From assembly GCA_012031195.1 (NCBI GenBank), contig JAAUUG010000001.1, positions 1-37,083 on the forward strand: 37,083 nucleotides of DNA, given 5' to 3'. Shown here one piece after another: positions 9,901-18,849 of this stretch. The position numbers and the translations under genes were made by a program. The notes below the pieces were generated by a model, which ran no database searches, had not been told where the DNA came from, and saw nothing but the letters and a program-made list of their open reading frames with translations. Numbering within the stretch: the stretch's first letter is position 1; each line of letters opens with the position of its first letter. The DNA comes from Oscillatoriales cyanobacterium SM2_1_8 (GTDB taxonomy: Bacteria > Cyanobacteriota > Cyanobacteriia > Pseudanabaenales > Pseudanabaenaceae).

Positions 9901-10791
9901 CTAGGCCACCACGGCAATGCCCCCACGGTAGGTGTGGGTCACCCAAAAATCCACCGGCCCGCTGCAGGCTTGGGCGATGCGGTGTCCGGCATCGGCATCG
10001 GGCACCAACCCAAAAACCGCCGACCCCGATCCTGACATCAGGGCGCCGATGGCCCCCGCGTCCATCAATTGGTTTTTCAAGGCCAAAATCTCGGGATGGC
10101 GCGGCAATACGGCCCGCTCCAAATCGTTGAACAGGTGGGGGGCGATCGCCTCCGGTTGACCCGTGGCCCAAGCGCCCAAAAATCGATGCAGCTGCTCACC
10201 CGATCGCACCGCCAACAACCCCTCTTCGCGAAAGATGCGGTAGGCTTCGGGGGTAGCTACGGACAAATGACGGGGTTTGGCCACCACCACCGTCAGCCCT
10301 TCGGTCGCAGGCAACGGGGACAAAATTTCGCCGCGCCCGGTACCCAGAGCCGTTCCCCCCATCACGCAAAACGCCACATCGGCCCCCAGAGTGGCCCCCA
10401 AGGCGGCCAATTCGGATACGGTTAGCCCCAAGTCCCACAACAAATTCCCGGCGACCAACACCGCGGCCGCATCGGCGGAACCACCGGCGAGTCCCGCACC
10501 TGCTGGAATCCGCTTTTCCAGGGTGAGATGGATGCCCCCAAGGTCGGGAAATTGCTGCCGCAAAGCCTGCGCCGCTTGCCATGCCAAATTCCGCCCGTCG
10601 GTCGGCAAATCCGGATCGTCGCACCGCAGCCGGATGGCTTCCGTATCTCCCCGCTCCACGGTTACCCGATCCGCCAACCCGATCGCCTGAAACACGACCG
10701 CCAACTCGTGGTAGCCGTCTGGCCGTCGCCCCCGAATTTCCAAGTAGGGATTGATTTTGGCCGGAGCCAACACCGTCAGGCGATCGCGCAT
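9901..10791 (-). CDS. ispE: 4-diphosphocytidyl-2-C-methyl-D-erythritol kinase
   Basis: GHMP kinase with APAKINPYLEI..RRPDGYHEL and IPAGAGLAGGSADAAA. I chose the ATG at 10789-10791 because it forms a TAATG overlap with the upstream stop codon. The track ORF starts 14 codons earlier, at 10833. Confidence 0.9.
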   Translation of the reverse strand: MRDRLTVLAPAKINPYLEIRGRRPDGYHELAVVFQAIGLADRVTVERGDTEAIRLRCDDPDLPTDGRNLAWQAAQALRQQFPDLGGIHLTLEKRIPAGAGLAGGSADAAAVLVAGNLLWDLGLTVSELAALGATLGADVAFCVMGGTALGTGRGEILSPLPATEGLTVVVAKPRHLSVATPEAYRIFREEGLLAVRSGEQLHRFLGAWATGQPEAIAPHLFNDLERAVLPRHPEILALKNQLMDAGAIGALMSGSGSAVFGLVPDADAGHRIAQACSGPVDFWVTHTYRGGIAVVA

Positions 10792-11057
10792 TACGAAAAC
10801 GTCCGCTTGTAAACGGTTTGCAAACGATCGCATTCGTGGGACTCCCCATCCCGTCGCAGCGATCGCAGCCGATTTTCCACCAACATTTTGGCCATGTTGC
10901 GGGTTACCGACTCGAACCGCACCGCACCATGGCTCTGGTCGATGGTAAAAAACAAACGATAGGCGTACAACGTGGTAAACAGACTGCGCCCGTCTTCGAT
11001 TTCACAGATGCGGGTCAGCAACCCAAAGGTAGGGTGATTCAGGTAGGTTTCTGCCAT
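10791..11057 (-). CDS. Small conserved cyanobacterial protein of unknown function
   Basis: 88 aa, MAETYLNHPTFGLL.... ATG at 11055-11057. Its stop overlaps the ispE start by one nucleotide (TAATG). I believe this is a cyanobacteria-specific DUF family, but that is unverified. Confidence 0.65.
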   Translation of the reverse strand: MAETYLNHPTFGLLTRICEIEDGRSLFTTLYAYRLFFTIDQSHGAVRFESVTRNMAKMLVENRLRSLRRDGESHECDRLQTVYKRTFS

Positions 11058-11197
11058 GCCACAAACGAACGCCCGCCAATTTCAGGGAATAGGAATCCGC
11101 ATTGTACGTCAGATGGGCCCCAATCCGATCTGGGCTGTACTTTTCGCTACACTCCTCAACCAGCCGCTACAATTGGGCCACCTCTATTCTTCGGCCT

Positions 11198-11662
11198 ATG
11201 TCCCCTGTCCGGTTCGATTGGTTAATGCCAAGAGCGATGCCAAAATTGATGCTAACGGTGGTGCTGACAGTGGTGCTGACGGTGGTGCTGACAGCAATCC
11301 CAACAGCAACCATTTGGACTTGGGCGGCGATCGCGGCCCCTGGTTCGGGGAGCCTGCAGGAAAATGGGAAGGAAAGCCTGAACGGCAACCGCACGGGACT
11401 GGCTTGGCAAGGGGCCGACCCGGCGTCCCGCCTCACCTATTGTGCGGCCGCTCTGGCTGCCTTTCGCGGATCCCCCAGCCAAAGTTACATCATTAGCCAC
11501 GACGTGCAAAGTTTGGACGCCTCCGGTCTGTGCGATCGCATCGATCAGTTCTACAGCCTTGAGGAAAATCAAGATCAACGCCTCAGCACCGCGGCCGCCC
11601 TGGCCCCCCTACTATTTGCCGATACCCCCAAAGACCGCCGCTTTTACCCGTCCCTGCGGTGA
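11198..11662 (+). CDS. Hypothetical exported or membrane-anchored protein
   Basis: ORF with a hydrophobic N-terminus (MPKLMLTVVLTVVLTVVLTAIPTA) followed by a soluble region. The start is ambiguous, with ATGs at 11198, 11225, 11237 and 11249. Confidence 0.5.
   Translation: MSPVRFDWLMPRAMPKLMLTVVLTVVLTVVLTAIPTATIWTWAAIAAPGSGSLQENGKESLNGNRTGLAWQGADPASRLTYCAAALAAFRGSPSQSYIISHDVQSLDASGLCDRIDQFYSLEENQDQRLSTAAALAPLLFADTPKDRRFYPSLR
11251..11295 (+). repeat. 12-bp tandem repeat, about 3.75 units (GCTGACNGTGGT)
   Basis: Read directly from the sequence. It encodes the (LTVV)x3 part of the hydrophobic N-terminus of the 11198-11662 ORF. Confidence 0.9.
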
Positions 11663-12003
11663 GCCAAAGACAAGTGAGCCGCAGACAAGCGAGCCGAAGA
11701 AGGTGGCAACAATCCGTCCGTGACCACCAGATCAAAACGCCAATGGGGCACCTGGGCGATTGCCTGGGCCATGGCCCGCAAATCCTCTTGACCGTTAAGC
11801 CCCAACCGCTCCCGGTGCCGCACTTCTACTGCCAGATGGCGATCGCCCTTCGCGGCGACCAAGTCAAACGGATAGCCTGCCTCCGGTGGCAAAGCCTTGG
11901 CTGCGGGCTGCATCACCACTTCATAGCCCCGCTGCCGCAACCAATGCGCCAACCGCGACAACAGCCGTAGTTCGGTTAACCCTTTGTGATGCCGATAGCT
12001 CAT
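11644..12003 (-). CDS. Small PD-(D/E)xK-like protein (archaeal-Holliday-junction-resolvase-like pattern)
   Basis: 119 aa with ATG at 12001-12003. The pattern LAHWLRQRGYEV...FDLVAAKGDRHLAVEVR...WRFDLVV fits a D...E-x-K/R restriction-endonuclease-fold core. Inference from the motif only. Confidence 0.5.
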   Translation of the reverse strand: MSYRHHKGLTELRLLSRLAHWLRQRGYEVVMQPAAKALPPEAGYPFDLVAAKGDRHLAVEVRHRERLGLNGQEDLRAMAQAIAQVPHWRFDLVVTDGLLPPSSARLSAAHLSLAHRRDG

Positions 12004-12071
12004 AGGCCTGCTCTACACTGCCTTTTCTATGGGCCTTACGATTATAGGGAATTTGCACCAAACCGACAAAC

Positions 12072-12198
12072 TTATAGCTGTTTTGCATAGCGACGAGACA
12101 AAACAACTCCGGTCGCAGGGGCGAAGCCCCCATATTGGTTCTATTAGACGTTCGTTGGGCAAGAAAAAACCGTGTCGGTTTTAATTAAAATGACTATA
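12072..12198 (-). mobile_element. MITE/PATE-like repeat, copy B (127 bp, reverse orientation)
   Basis: Its reverse complement aligns end to end with copy A, with few mismatches. Confidence 0.7.
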
Positions 12199-12214
12199 TA
12201 GCTGCAAACCGCTT

Positions 12215-12265
12215 GGTTAAAACGGGGTGCAGGGGTTTCACCCCTGACTGGGGGCGCAGCCCCCA
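12215..12265 (-). terminator. Two tandem GC hairpins downstream of the RusA-like gene (terminator-like)
   Basis: AGGGG-TTTCA-CCCCT at 12231-12245 and TGGGGGC-GCA-GCCCCCA at 12249-12265. On the minus strand they are followed by GTTTT. Confidence 0.35.
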
Positions 12266-12321
12266 ACTCCCCTTTCACGCCCATGTCCGCACTTACCCGC
12301 ATATAGCCATAACCTACCAAC

Positions 12322-12738
12322 TTAAAGTGCGGCGGGATCGGGGGCTTCTTCGATGCGAAGGTGCAAAAATTCCTGATTGCTCTGAAACCCTTCCGCCAGA
12401 GACGTGCTGAGACCCCGCACCCGGTACGTACCGTTCAGGTTGCGCCGCCGGCTGACAAAATCGGAAATTTGATAATCGTCCACATAGATTACCCCGTTCA
12501 GGGCATCTCGTACCGGTTTCACGATGTTGTCGCTGTCCGGTACCCCCGATTCGTCTCCCGCCGGGGCTTCAAAAAAATGCGTGATCGTGACCCGTAGGTT
12601 CTTGCCGGTGGGCGACCCTGACCAAGTAGACTGGGCACGCGATCGCACCGTCGCTTTCCACTCCTGCAACCGCGCCTTGTCTTTGGTTTGATGGGAAATG
12701 GGCTTGCCCACCACCGTAAACTCAAACGGTAACGTCAA
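12322..12738 (-). CDS. rusA: RusA-family crossover junction endodeoxyribonuclease
   Basis: 138 aa. PDSDNIVKPVRDALNGVIYVDDYQI matches the RusA core D-x-D-N-x-x-K-x-x-x-D-A-L...DD-x-Q. TTG start with a GGAGA Shine-Dalgarno sequence. Confidence 0.8.
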   Translation of the reverse strand: MTLPFEFTVVGKPISHQTKDKARLQEWKATVRSRAQSTWSGSPTGKNLRVTITHFFEAPAGDESGVPDSDNIVKPVRDALNGVIYVDDYQISDFVSRRRNLNGTYRVRGLSTSLAEGFQSNQEFLHLRIEEAPDPAAL

Positions 12739-12871
12739 GGACTATCTCCAAGGACTATCTCCCCAAGCTCTTGGCTGCTCATGAATGCTAGGGCGATCGC
12801 CGGGGGACAAGGGTCTTTCCCCCAATTGACCTGACTCTAGGACACCTGCATGGGGGTTTCATGGCCCCCAG

Positions 12872-13221
12872 TTAGGGTTCAAATCCTTCCAATTCCGGAA
12901 CCTCGGCCACCAGGTGCACCCCTTGGATGTACAACGACCGGGCGTACTTGCCAACCTTTTCGATGCAGAGCTTGCTGCCCTGTTTTTGGCTTGCACCGCC
13001 ATGTCGATCGCCGCCCCGACACCCCGGCTGACGATTTTGGTCACCCCATCAAAATCCAGCACAATCGCCGCATATTGCTTCTCAAGGTACGGTTGCACGG
13101 CCTGCCGGAAGCTGGGCACCGTCGTCACGCTGAGGGCCCCCTCAAGTTTCAACAGGACGCGATCGCCGTCGATCTGCTCCGAAATCTTCAATTCGTCTTG
13201 CAGGAAAGAGGAGTGGGTCAT
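12872..13221 (-). pseudogene. STAS-domain anti-sigma-factor antagonist (SpoIIAA/RsbV-like), with an apparent 1-nt frameshift
   Basis: The N-terminal part is in the track ORF (LKLEGALSVTTVPSFRQ...VLDFDGVTKIVSRGVGA). After the C3 run at 12978-12980 the sensible continuation is in another frame (GSKLCIEKVGKYARSLYIQGVHLVAEVPELEGFEP*), ending at TAA 12872-12874. Confidence 0.7.
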
Positions 13222-13358
13222 AACGCTTGAACACCTACAAAATTTAGAACAGGAAAGCCAAATCGGGAGAGAGGTTTCCGTTTACTTTACCGCAAACCCG
13301 GCGCATTTCCCCAGATTGCCCCTCCCCCCAACCCTCCCTCAAGAAGGAAAATCAAGCC

Positions 13359-13886
13359 CTAAAGAAAAGCATACATACGGACGGTCGTGCCTTCGGGGGA
13401 AGATTCAATCTCAACCTTGTCCACCAAGGCTTTGATCATGTGAATGCCAAAACCGCCGCTCTTGACGCCAATTTCGGTCATGGTTTCAAAATCCGGCGAT
13501 TGGACACTTTCCGGGTCAAAGCCCGGGCCCCGATCCGAAACTTCGACCATCAACGATTTGGGCTCGGCGGTCGCCATGATTTCAATGTCGGCATCGGAAA
13601 CGCTGTACAGGATGGAGTTTACACAAGCCTCGGTCAAGGCTTGCACAATGTCTTGCACCCGATCTTCCGAAAACCCCATTTTGCTGGCCAGCACTTGCAC
13701 GGCCGCGATCGGTACGTCTTCTACCCCCTCGATGGGCGGTATGGCGATGCGAAATGTTACCGGCTCTTCCATTGATTCAGCCATCGACGCAGCCATTGAC
13801 TCCATAGACCCATCCCTAGACCAATCCCTAGACCCATCGGCAACAGTGCCGTCCTGTTGCCTTGGTTCCATTTGCCTTGGTTCCAT
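13359..13886 (-). CDS. Anti-sigma regulatory factor / Ser-Thr kinase (RsbW/SpoIIAB-like, HATPase_c_2)
   Basis: Contains LTEACVNSILYS...MVEVSDRGPGFDP...GGFGIHMIKALVDKVEIESSPEGTTVRM. The N-terminus is repetitive and the start is ambiguous, with ATGs at 13886, 13871 and further in. Confidence 0.8.
   Translation of the reverse strand: MEPRQMEPRQQDGTVADGSRDWSRDGSMESMAASMAESMEEPVTFRIAIPPIEGVEDVPIAAVQVLASKMGFSEDRVQDIVQALTEACVNSILYSVSDADIEIMATAEPKSLMVEVSDRGPGFDPESVQSPDFETMTEIGVKSGGFGIHMIKALVDKVEIESSPEGTTVRMYAFL
13857..13886 (-). repeat. Perfect 15-bp tandem duplication that includes the start codon (MEPRQ-MEPRQ)
   Basis: TTGCCTTGGTTCCAT occurs twice on the plus strand. A 12-bp repeat AGACCNATCCCT of about 2.7 units lies at 13806-13840. 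Confidence 0.9.
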
Positions 13887-13937
13887 TATTCCCCCAATCC
13901 GGCGCTTTTGGCGGCCCTCTGTCCCAGGAGTTTTGGT

Positions 13938-14890
13938 TTATTTGCGTAGGGCTTCGGCACCGCCCACCACTTCCAACAGTTCTTGGGTGATGTTCGCTTG
14001 CCGGGCTTTGTTGTATTGCAGGGTCAGGCTCTTGACCAAGGTGTTGGCGTTGTCGCTGGCGCTGTTCATGGCGGTCATCCGGGCTGCCAGTTCGCTGGCG
14101 GCAGATTCCTGGAGCGATCGCAACAATTGGTTGTCGAGGTAAAGGGGCAGCAAGGCATCCAGCAATTCGAGGGGGTCTTGCTCAAAATCATTTGGCTGGG
14201 GACGTCCCGCACCGTGGTTTCCAGGGTTTCCCGTTCCACCACAAATTTGGCATCCCGCACAATCAGCCGAAAAATTTCGTCGTCCTTCGGTTCCAAACCT
14301 TGGGGGCTGAGGGGCAACAGGGTTTGGACGACCGGCCGCGCCGCAATCAACGAAATGAATTTGGTGTAAATGATTTCCACCCGGTCAACGGTCTCGGCCA
14401 AAAAAGCGGACACAATTTCATCGGCAATGCGGTTGGCTTCGGCAGCGGTTGGCACTTGCTCCATCCCCGAAAACTGGGCGGCGATCGGTTGGTCGCGGCG
14501 GGTAAAGTACTGGATCGCTTTGCGCCCAATCAAAAACAAACGATAGTTCAAGCCGGCGCTTTGGAGTTCCCGGATGCGCTGCTCGGCCCGCCGAATGGCG
14601 TTGACGTTGTAGCCGCCGCAGAGACCGCGATCGCCCGTGACCAGCAAAATCCCTACGGTCTTTGGTTCCCGCTCCTGCAACAACGGCAAGCTGCTGGCAT
14701 CTTCAAATTTGAGCCGGGTTTGCAGACGGTAAAGAATCTGGGCAAGGCGATCGGCGAAGGGGCGGGTGGCCAACACCTGCTGTTGGGCCCGTTTCACCTT
14801 GGCGGCGGCCACCAGACGCATGGCTTCGGTAATTTTTCGGGTGTTCTTGACGCTGGCGATGCGATCGCGAATGGATTTGAGGTTTGCCAT
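13938..14890 (-). pseudogene. atpG: F0F1 ATP synthase gamma subunit, with an apparent 1-nt frameshift
   Basis: The N-terminal part starts at ATG 14888-14890 ([31 protein letters not shown]). The C-terminal 75 aa ([14 protein letters not shown]...[17 protein letters not shown]) lie in another frame. Adding one T to the minus-strand T4 run (plus-strand A-run 14184-14187) restores [16 protein letters not shown]. Confidence 0.9.
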
Positions 14891-14915
14891 GAATGGGCGC
14901 TTCCAACCTTTAGCA

Positions 14916-16118
14916 TCACTTAATATATCCCCTGCCGGCCCCCACGCCGACCAATTCTTGATAAACCGCCAAGGCTTGGGGCGCAATCCGGCTCCAATTG
15001 AAGCGGGTGTGCAAATCCAGTTGGGCGGCGATCGCCAAGCGTTGGGCCAAATCGGGCTCCTGCAAAATGCGCACGATGGCTGCGGCCAGGGCGGGGCCGT
15101 CGTTGACCCGGGCAATCAAGCCGGTTTCTTCGTGGCGCACCACTTCGGGCAACCCGCCGGTGCTGGAAACCACCACGGGCACCCCCGCCGCAAAACTTTC
15201 GAGGGCGACAATGCCAAAGGGTTCGTAAAGGCTGGGAAACACGGCGCAATCGGCGACGGCTTGAAACTTGGCAACCTCTCCATCGGCCATGAATCCCGTA
15301 AACAACACCCGCTCGGCAATGCCCAGGTGGGCGACCCGCTGTTTGAGAAAGTGGGTGTGGGTTTCGCCGGAACCAATGACCACAAATTTTATGCGATTTT
15401 GACAAGCGGTCAAAATGTGGGGGGCCGCTTCCAACAACACAAAAATGCCTTTTTCGTGGCTGATCCGGCCGACGTAGTAGACCAAAGCTTCGTCGGGTTC
15501 GGCAAATTGCCGCCGAAAGGCGTCCCGATCGAACTCGGGGGGCGGACGATGGGCGTTGACCCGGGCCAAACTCAAACCGTTGGGAATCACCCGCACTTTT
15601 TCGCTGGGACAGTGCAGCGCACGATGCACTTCTTGGGCCATGTATTCGGAGCAAACCACGACCCGATCGGCTTTGGCGGCCAGATGCACTTCTTTGTGGT
15701 GAACGTGGCGCTGGGCGTCGCTGTAAATGCCGTTGTAACGCCCGAATTCCGTGGCGTGGATCGTGGCCACCAAGGGCAAATTCCATTGCCGTTGCAGGGC
15801 GATCGCCGCGTCGGCCACCAGCCAGTCGTGGGCATGAATCACCTGAAACGGGGCGATCGTCTGTTCCTCTGCCCACTGCACCAGCCGACGGTTGAGGTTA
15901 TCGACCCAACCAAAAAAGTGGGTGTTGGGTTCAATGGGCAACCGATGCACCTGCAGACCGTCCACCGTTTCGAGGGGCGGCGCCGGCGGCGCTTCGACCG
16001 TTGCCACAGTCACTTCAAGCCCCAATTTTACGAGTTCGGGATACAGTTCGGCGACGTGGCGCGAGATTCCCCCGACAATCCGTGGTGGAAATTCCCAAGA
16101 CAATACCAAAACCTTCAT
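14916..16118 (-). CDS. GT4-family glycosyltransferase (group 1)
   Basis: 400 aa. Contains [22 protein letters not shown] and the C-terminal motif [22 protein letters not shown]. Its ATG overlaps the frame-corrected lipA stop as ATGA. Confidence 0.85.
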   Translation of the reverse strand: MKVLVLSWEFPPRIVGGISRHVAELYPELVKLGLEVTVATVEAPPAPPLETVDGLQVHRLPIEPNTHFFGWVDNLNRRLVQWAEEQTIAPFQVIHAHDWLVADAAIALQRQWNLPLVATIHATEFGRYNGIYSDAQRHVHHKEVHLAAKADRVVVCSEYMAQEVHRALHCPSEKVRVIPNGLSLARVNAHRPPPEFDRDAFRRQFAEPDEALVYYVGRISHEKGIFVLLEAAPHILTACQNRIKFVVIGSGETHTHFLKQRVAHLGIAERVLFTGFMADGEVAKFQAVADCAVFPSLYEPFGIVALESFAAGVPVVVSSTGGLPEVVRHEETGLIARVNDGPALAAAIVRILQEPDLAQRLAIAAQLDLHTRFNWSRIAPQALAVYQELVGVGAGRGYIK

Positions 16119-17046
16119 GCTTGCGCCGACCGATCACCATCCAATAACGGCAAAGTGTACCCCTCTTTTTTCGATTTTGGGGTTGCCGCCATAGCCGCCC
16201 GCTCGCCCGCATGGTACGAACTGCGAACCAGGGGCCCGGCATACACCTGGGCAAATCCCAACTCCCGAGCCACAACCTCCCATTCCGCAAATTCCGCCGG
16301 CGCACATACCGCACCACCGGCAGGCGATCGCGCGCCGGCGCCAGATACTGCCCCAAGGTCAACACAGTGCAACCCACCTGCCGCAAATCTTGCAACGCCT
16401 GCGCCACTTCGGCAGCGGTTTCCCCCAAACCCAACATCAACCCCGACTTGATCGGCAAGCCTGGGGCCTGCTGCGCGGCCCGCTGCAACACCGCCAGCGA
16501 GCGATCGTATTTGGCACCTCGGCGAACCGGCCCCTGCAACCGTGCCACCGTCTCGAGGTTGTGGTTGAAACACACCGGGGCCGCCGCGACCACCGCATCC
16601 ACCGATGCCCACCGCCCACCAAAATCTGGCACCAAAACTTCGATCTGGGTGTGCGGCCGGCGATCGCAAATCGCCTGCATGGTTTGGCAAAAATGGGCAG
16701 CCCCCCCGTCCGGCAGATCGTCCCGCGCCACCGAAGTCAGCACCACATACCGCAAATTAAGGGTCACGACGGCTTCGGCAATGCGCTCGGGCTCATGGGG
16801 ATCGAGGCTCTGGGGCGGCTCCCCTTGGGTCACGTCGCAAAAAGCACATCGCCGCGTGCACGCCGTGCCCATCAGCAAAAAAGTGGCCGTACCCTGGGCA
16901 TAGCATTCGCTGCGGTTGGGACAGCGCCCCTCTTCGCAAATGGTATGGAGTTGCTGGGTTTTGACCAACCGTTGCACCGTCGAAATCGCGGACGCCCGAC
17001 CCAAGGGACGACGCAACCAAGGAGGCAACCGGGGCGATAAGGTCAT
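16115..17046 (-). pseudogene. lipA: Lipoyl synthase, with an apparent 1-nt frameshift
   Basis: Radical-SAM motifs are present ([23 protein letters not shown]) starting from ATG 17044-17046. After LPVVRYV, at about 16300, the conserved tail continues in another frame ([33 protein letters not shown]) and ends at TGA 16115-16117. Confidence 0.9.
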
Positions 17047-17135
17047 GGGAACAAAACCGTGTAAGATTGTGGCTTGTATGCTATATACAGCATAGCAATT
17101 CGCCCGTTGACCCATACCGGGAGAGGTCTATCGCC

Positions 17136-17750
17136 GTGTCCGCGTCACGTAAGGTTCTGGTTATCGACGACAGTCGCACCATTCGCAACATGGTGAAGGG
17201 AATGCTCCCTGCTGCCAATTTTGAAGTGCTGGAGGCAGCCGATGGCGTAGCCGGTCTATCGGCCGTCGAGCGGGAAAAGCCCTGGCTCATTATGCTGGAC
17301 TTCATCTTACCCAAAATGAGCGGGTACGAGGTCTACGAAAACATTCGCAAAAATCGCGAGCTGTACCGCATTCCCCTGGTTTTGATGTCAGGGAAAAAAG
17401 AAGAGGTGACCAGCAAAATTTCGGAACCGCTGGAGTCCCACTATCTAGTCTTCATCGAGAAGCCGTTTGATAAAGACAAATTGGCGGCCGCGATCAAAAG
17501 AGCTTACGATCTAGCCAATCAAATCCCCAACGATTACCTGCCGGCGGAACCGGTGGCGGTGGCGGCTGGCAACGGTGCAGCCCCGACTTTGGATCCCGCC
17601 CTGCTGTCCCGCATCGAAGAACTGGAAATCAAGCTTCACCAGACCGAGGATTTGGAAAAACGCCTCAAAGCCCTGGAGCAACAAACGGCGATTCAAGCCA
17701 AACAGATTCAACAGTTGGTGGCGTTCATCAAGCAAAAGTTGGGAGGCTAA
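17136..17750 (+). CDS. Response regulator: receiver domain plus a C-terminal coiled coil, with no DNA-binding domain
   Basis: The REC motifs VLVIDDS, IMLDFILPKMSG, LMSG and EKPF are present. The C-terminus is heptad-like (IEELEIKLHQTEDLEKRLKALEQQ). GTG at 17136 with GGGAGAGG upstream. The track ORF starts at TTG 17067. Confidence 0.8.
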   Translation: MSASRKVLVIDDSRTIRNMVKGMLPAANFEVLEAADGVAGLSAVEREKPWLIMLDFILPKMSGYEVYENIRKNRELYRIPLVLMSGKKEEVTSKISEPLESHYLVFIEKPFDKDKLAAAIKRAYDLANQIPNDYLPAEPVAVAAGNGAAPTLDPALLSRIEELEIKLHQTEDLEKRLKALEQQTAIQAKQIQQLVAFIKQKLGG

Positions 17751-17807
17751 AAATGGATGGTGAATCCCAACTGGTCTTGGGCAACAACATCCTCGGCATT
17801 ATCAACT

Positions 17808-18736
17808 TCATTCCTTAATCAGCAACAAGTAATCCCTGGTTTCCTGACCGGCAAAGCATTGCTGCTCTACCAAGCCATCATGGGCAATGCTAAACAGTCG
17901 GTAATTCTTACGCAAAAAACTCAATTCGTTGAGGCCTTCTTCCGTAATTGGCAATACTTCCAAAACGATATCAGGCTTTTTCTCTAAAATTACCGACTCC
18001 ATTCCCTGCAGAATCAACTTCTCAAAACCCTCTGCATCCACTTTAAATAAAATGTTCTTGGCATCCCCTAGCAGAGAGGAAAATATGTTGGCATCTATAA
18101 ACAATGCATCACTAACACAAATCTCGTCTGAGAAATTTGAAGCAAACTCAGAGAGAAGAGAACCGTAAACTTCAAGAAACCTGTGTTTTGGGCGATACCA
18201 AAATTAAAAATTTGGATGTTTTTTAGTTGATTTGCACGAACGTTCTGCTGCAGTCTAAAGAAAGCTTCACAAGAAGGCTCGAAGGCATAAACTCGACAAT
18301 CAAGATTGTTTTTCTGAATATACCTGCCGAAAAAGACGGTGAAGATTCCTACGTTTGCACCAATTTCAACAATTAAGTCATATTTGGACAATCTGGAAGC
18401 TAGGACGTTGAATACTTCAGTTTCATAGCGTATATTTTGAGAGAACATCACTTCGAAGTCAAATTCACCGGGATGAGGCACAATCCAAAGATCAACTCTA
18501 TCCGCCGAAGTGCCAGCCCAAACCTGCTGTGGTTCAAAAGAAACTCCTTGCCAATCGATATTCCGGAATGAGTTAACAATCTGATTCTTAAACTTGTTTT
18601 CAGGTAGAGAACGAGCGACCTTGCTCCATAAATAAATATATTTTTGCGCCACGTATGGCGATTTGGCAATGACTGAATGCAGTCTATGTGCGATTTTCGC
18701 CAAAAAACTTCTGTTGTCAATATCAGTTGGCTTCAT
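17808..18736 (-). pseudogene. FkbM-family methyltransferase on a low-GC island, with an apparent 1-nt frameshift
   Basis: Contains IVEIGANVGIFTVFF...VYAFEPSCEAFFRLQQNVRANQLKNIQIFNFGIAQNTGFLKF, then the frame changes at the A3 run 18167-18169 to YGSLLSEF...ILFKVDAEGFEKLILQG. I judge the GC content at about 40%, against about 60% or more in the flanks. Confidence 0.8.
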
Positions 18737-18801
18737 AAAGGGAAAAATCAGTTATTTTTTTAGAAAACAGGGATCGCTACTATTCACACAGGGGGTCAGT
18801 A

Positions 18802-18837
18802 ATGAATCCATCGCCATCCGCACAGAGATGGATTCAT
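18802..18837 (-). terminator. Perfect 11-bp inverted repeat between the 18850 gene stop and the FkbM gene
   Basis: ATGAATCCATC, then 14 nt, then GATGGATTCAT. A T-rich tract follows about 35 nt further on the minus strand. Its function is inferred. Confidence 0.35.
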
Positions 18838-18849
18838 CTCTATTAACTG

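Noticed and set aside
11251-11295. Possible CRISPR or other array among the short tandem repeats (also at 12736-12761, 13806-13886 and 24293-24330)
   Set aside because: The units are 12-15 bp and directly abutting, with no spacers and at most four copies. No cas genes are present. They are simple slippage-type tandem repeats.
11056-11496. Alternative-frame ORF reading DANGGADSGADGGADS through the 12-bp repeat
   Set aside because: The rest of that frame is Gly/Pro/Arg-rich and ends without any domain-like sequence. The 11198-11662 frame gives a coherent protein with a signal-like N-terminus followed by a soluble region. This call remains low confidence.
12875-12897. tRNA-like T-loop sequence GGGTTCAAATCC
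   Set aside because: No complementary acceptor stem and no D or anticodon arms can be drawn in the preceding 75 nt. The segment is the frame-corrected C-terminus (EGFEP*) of the STAS gene.
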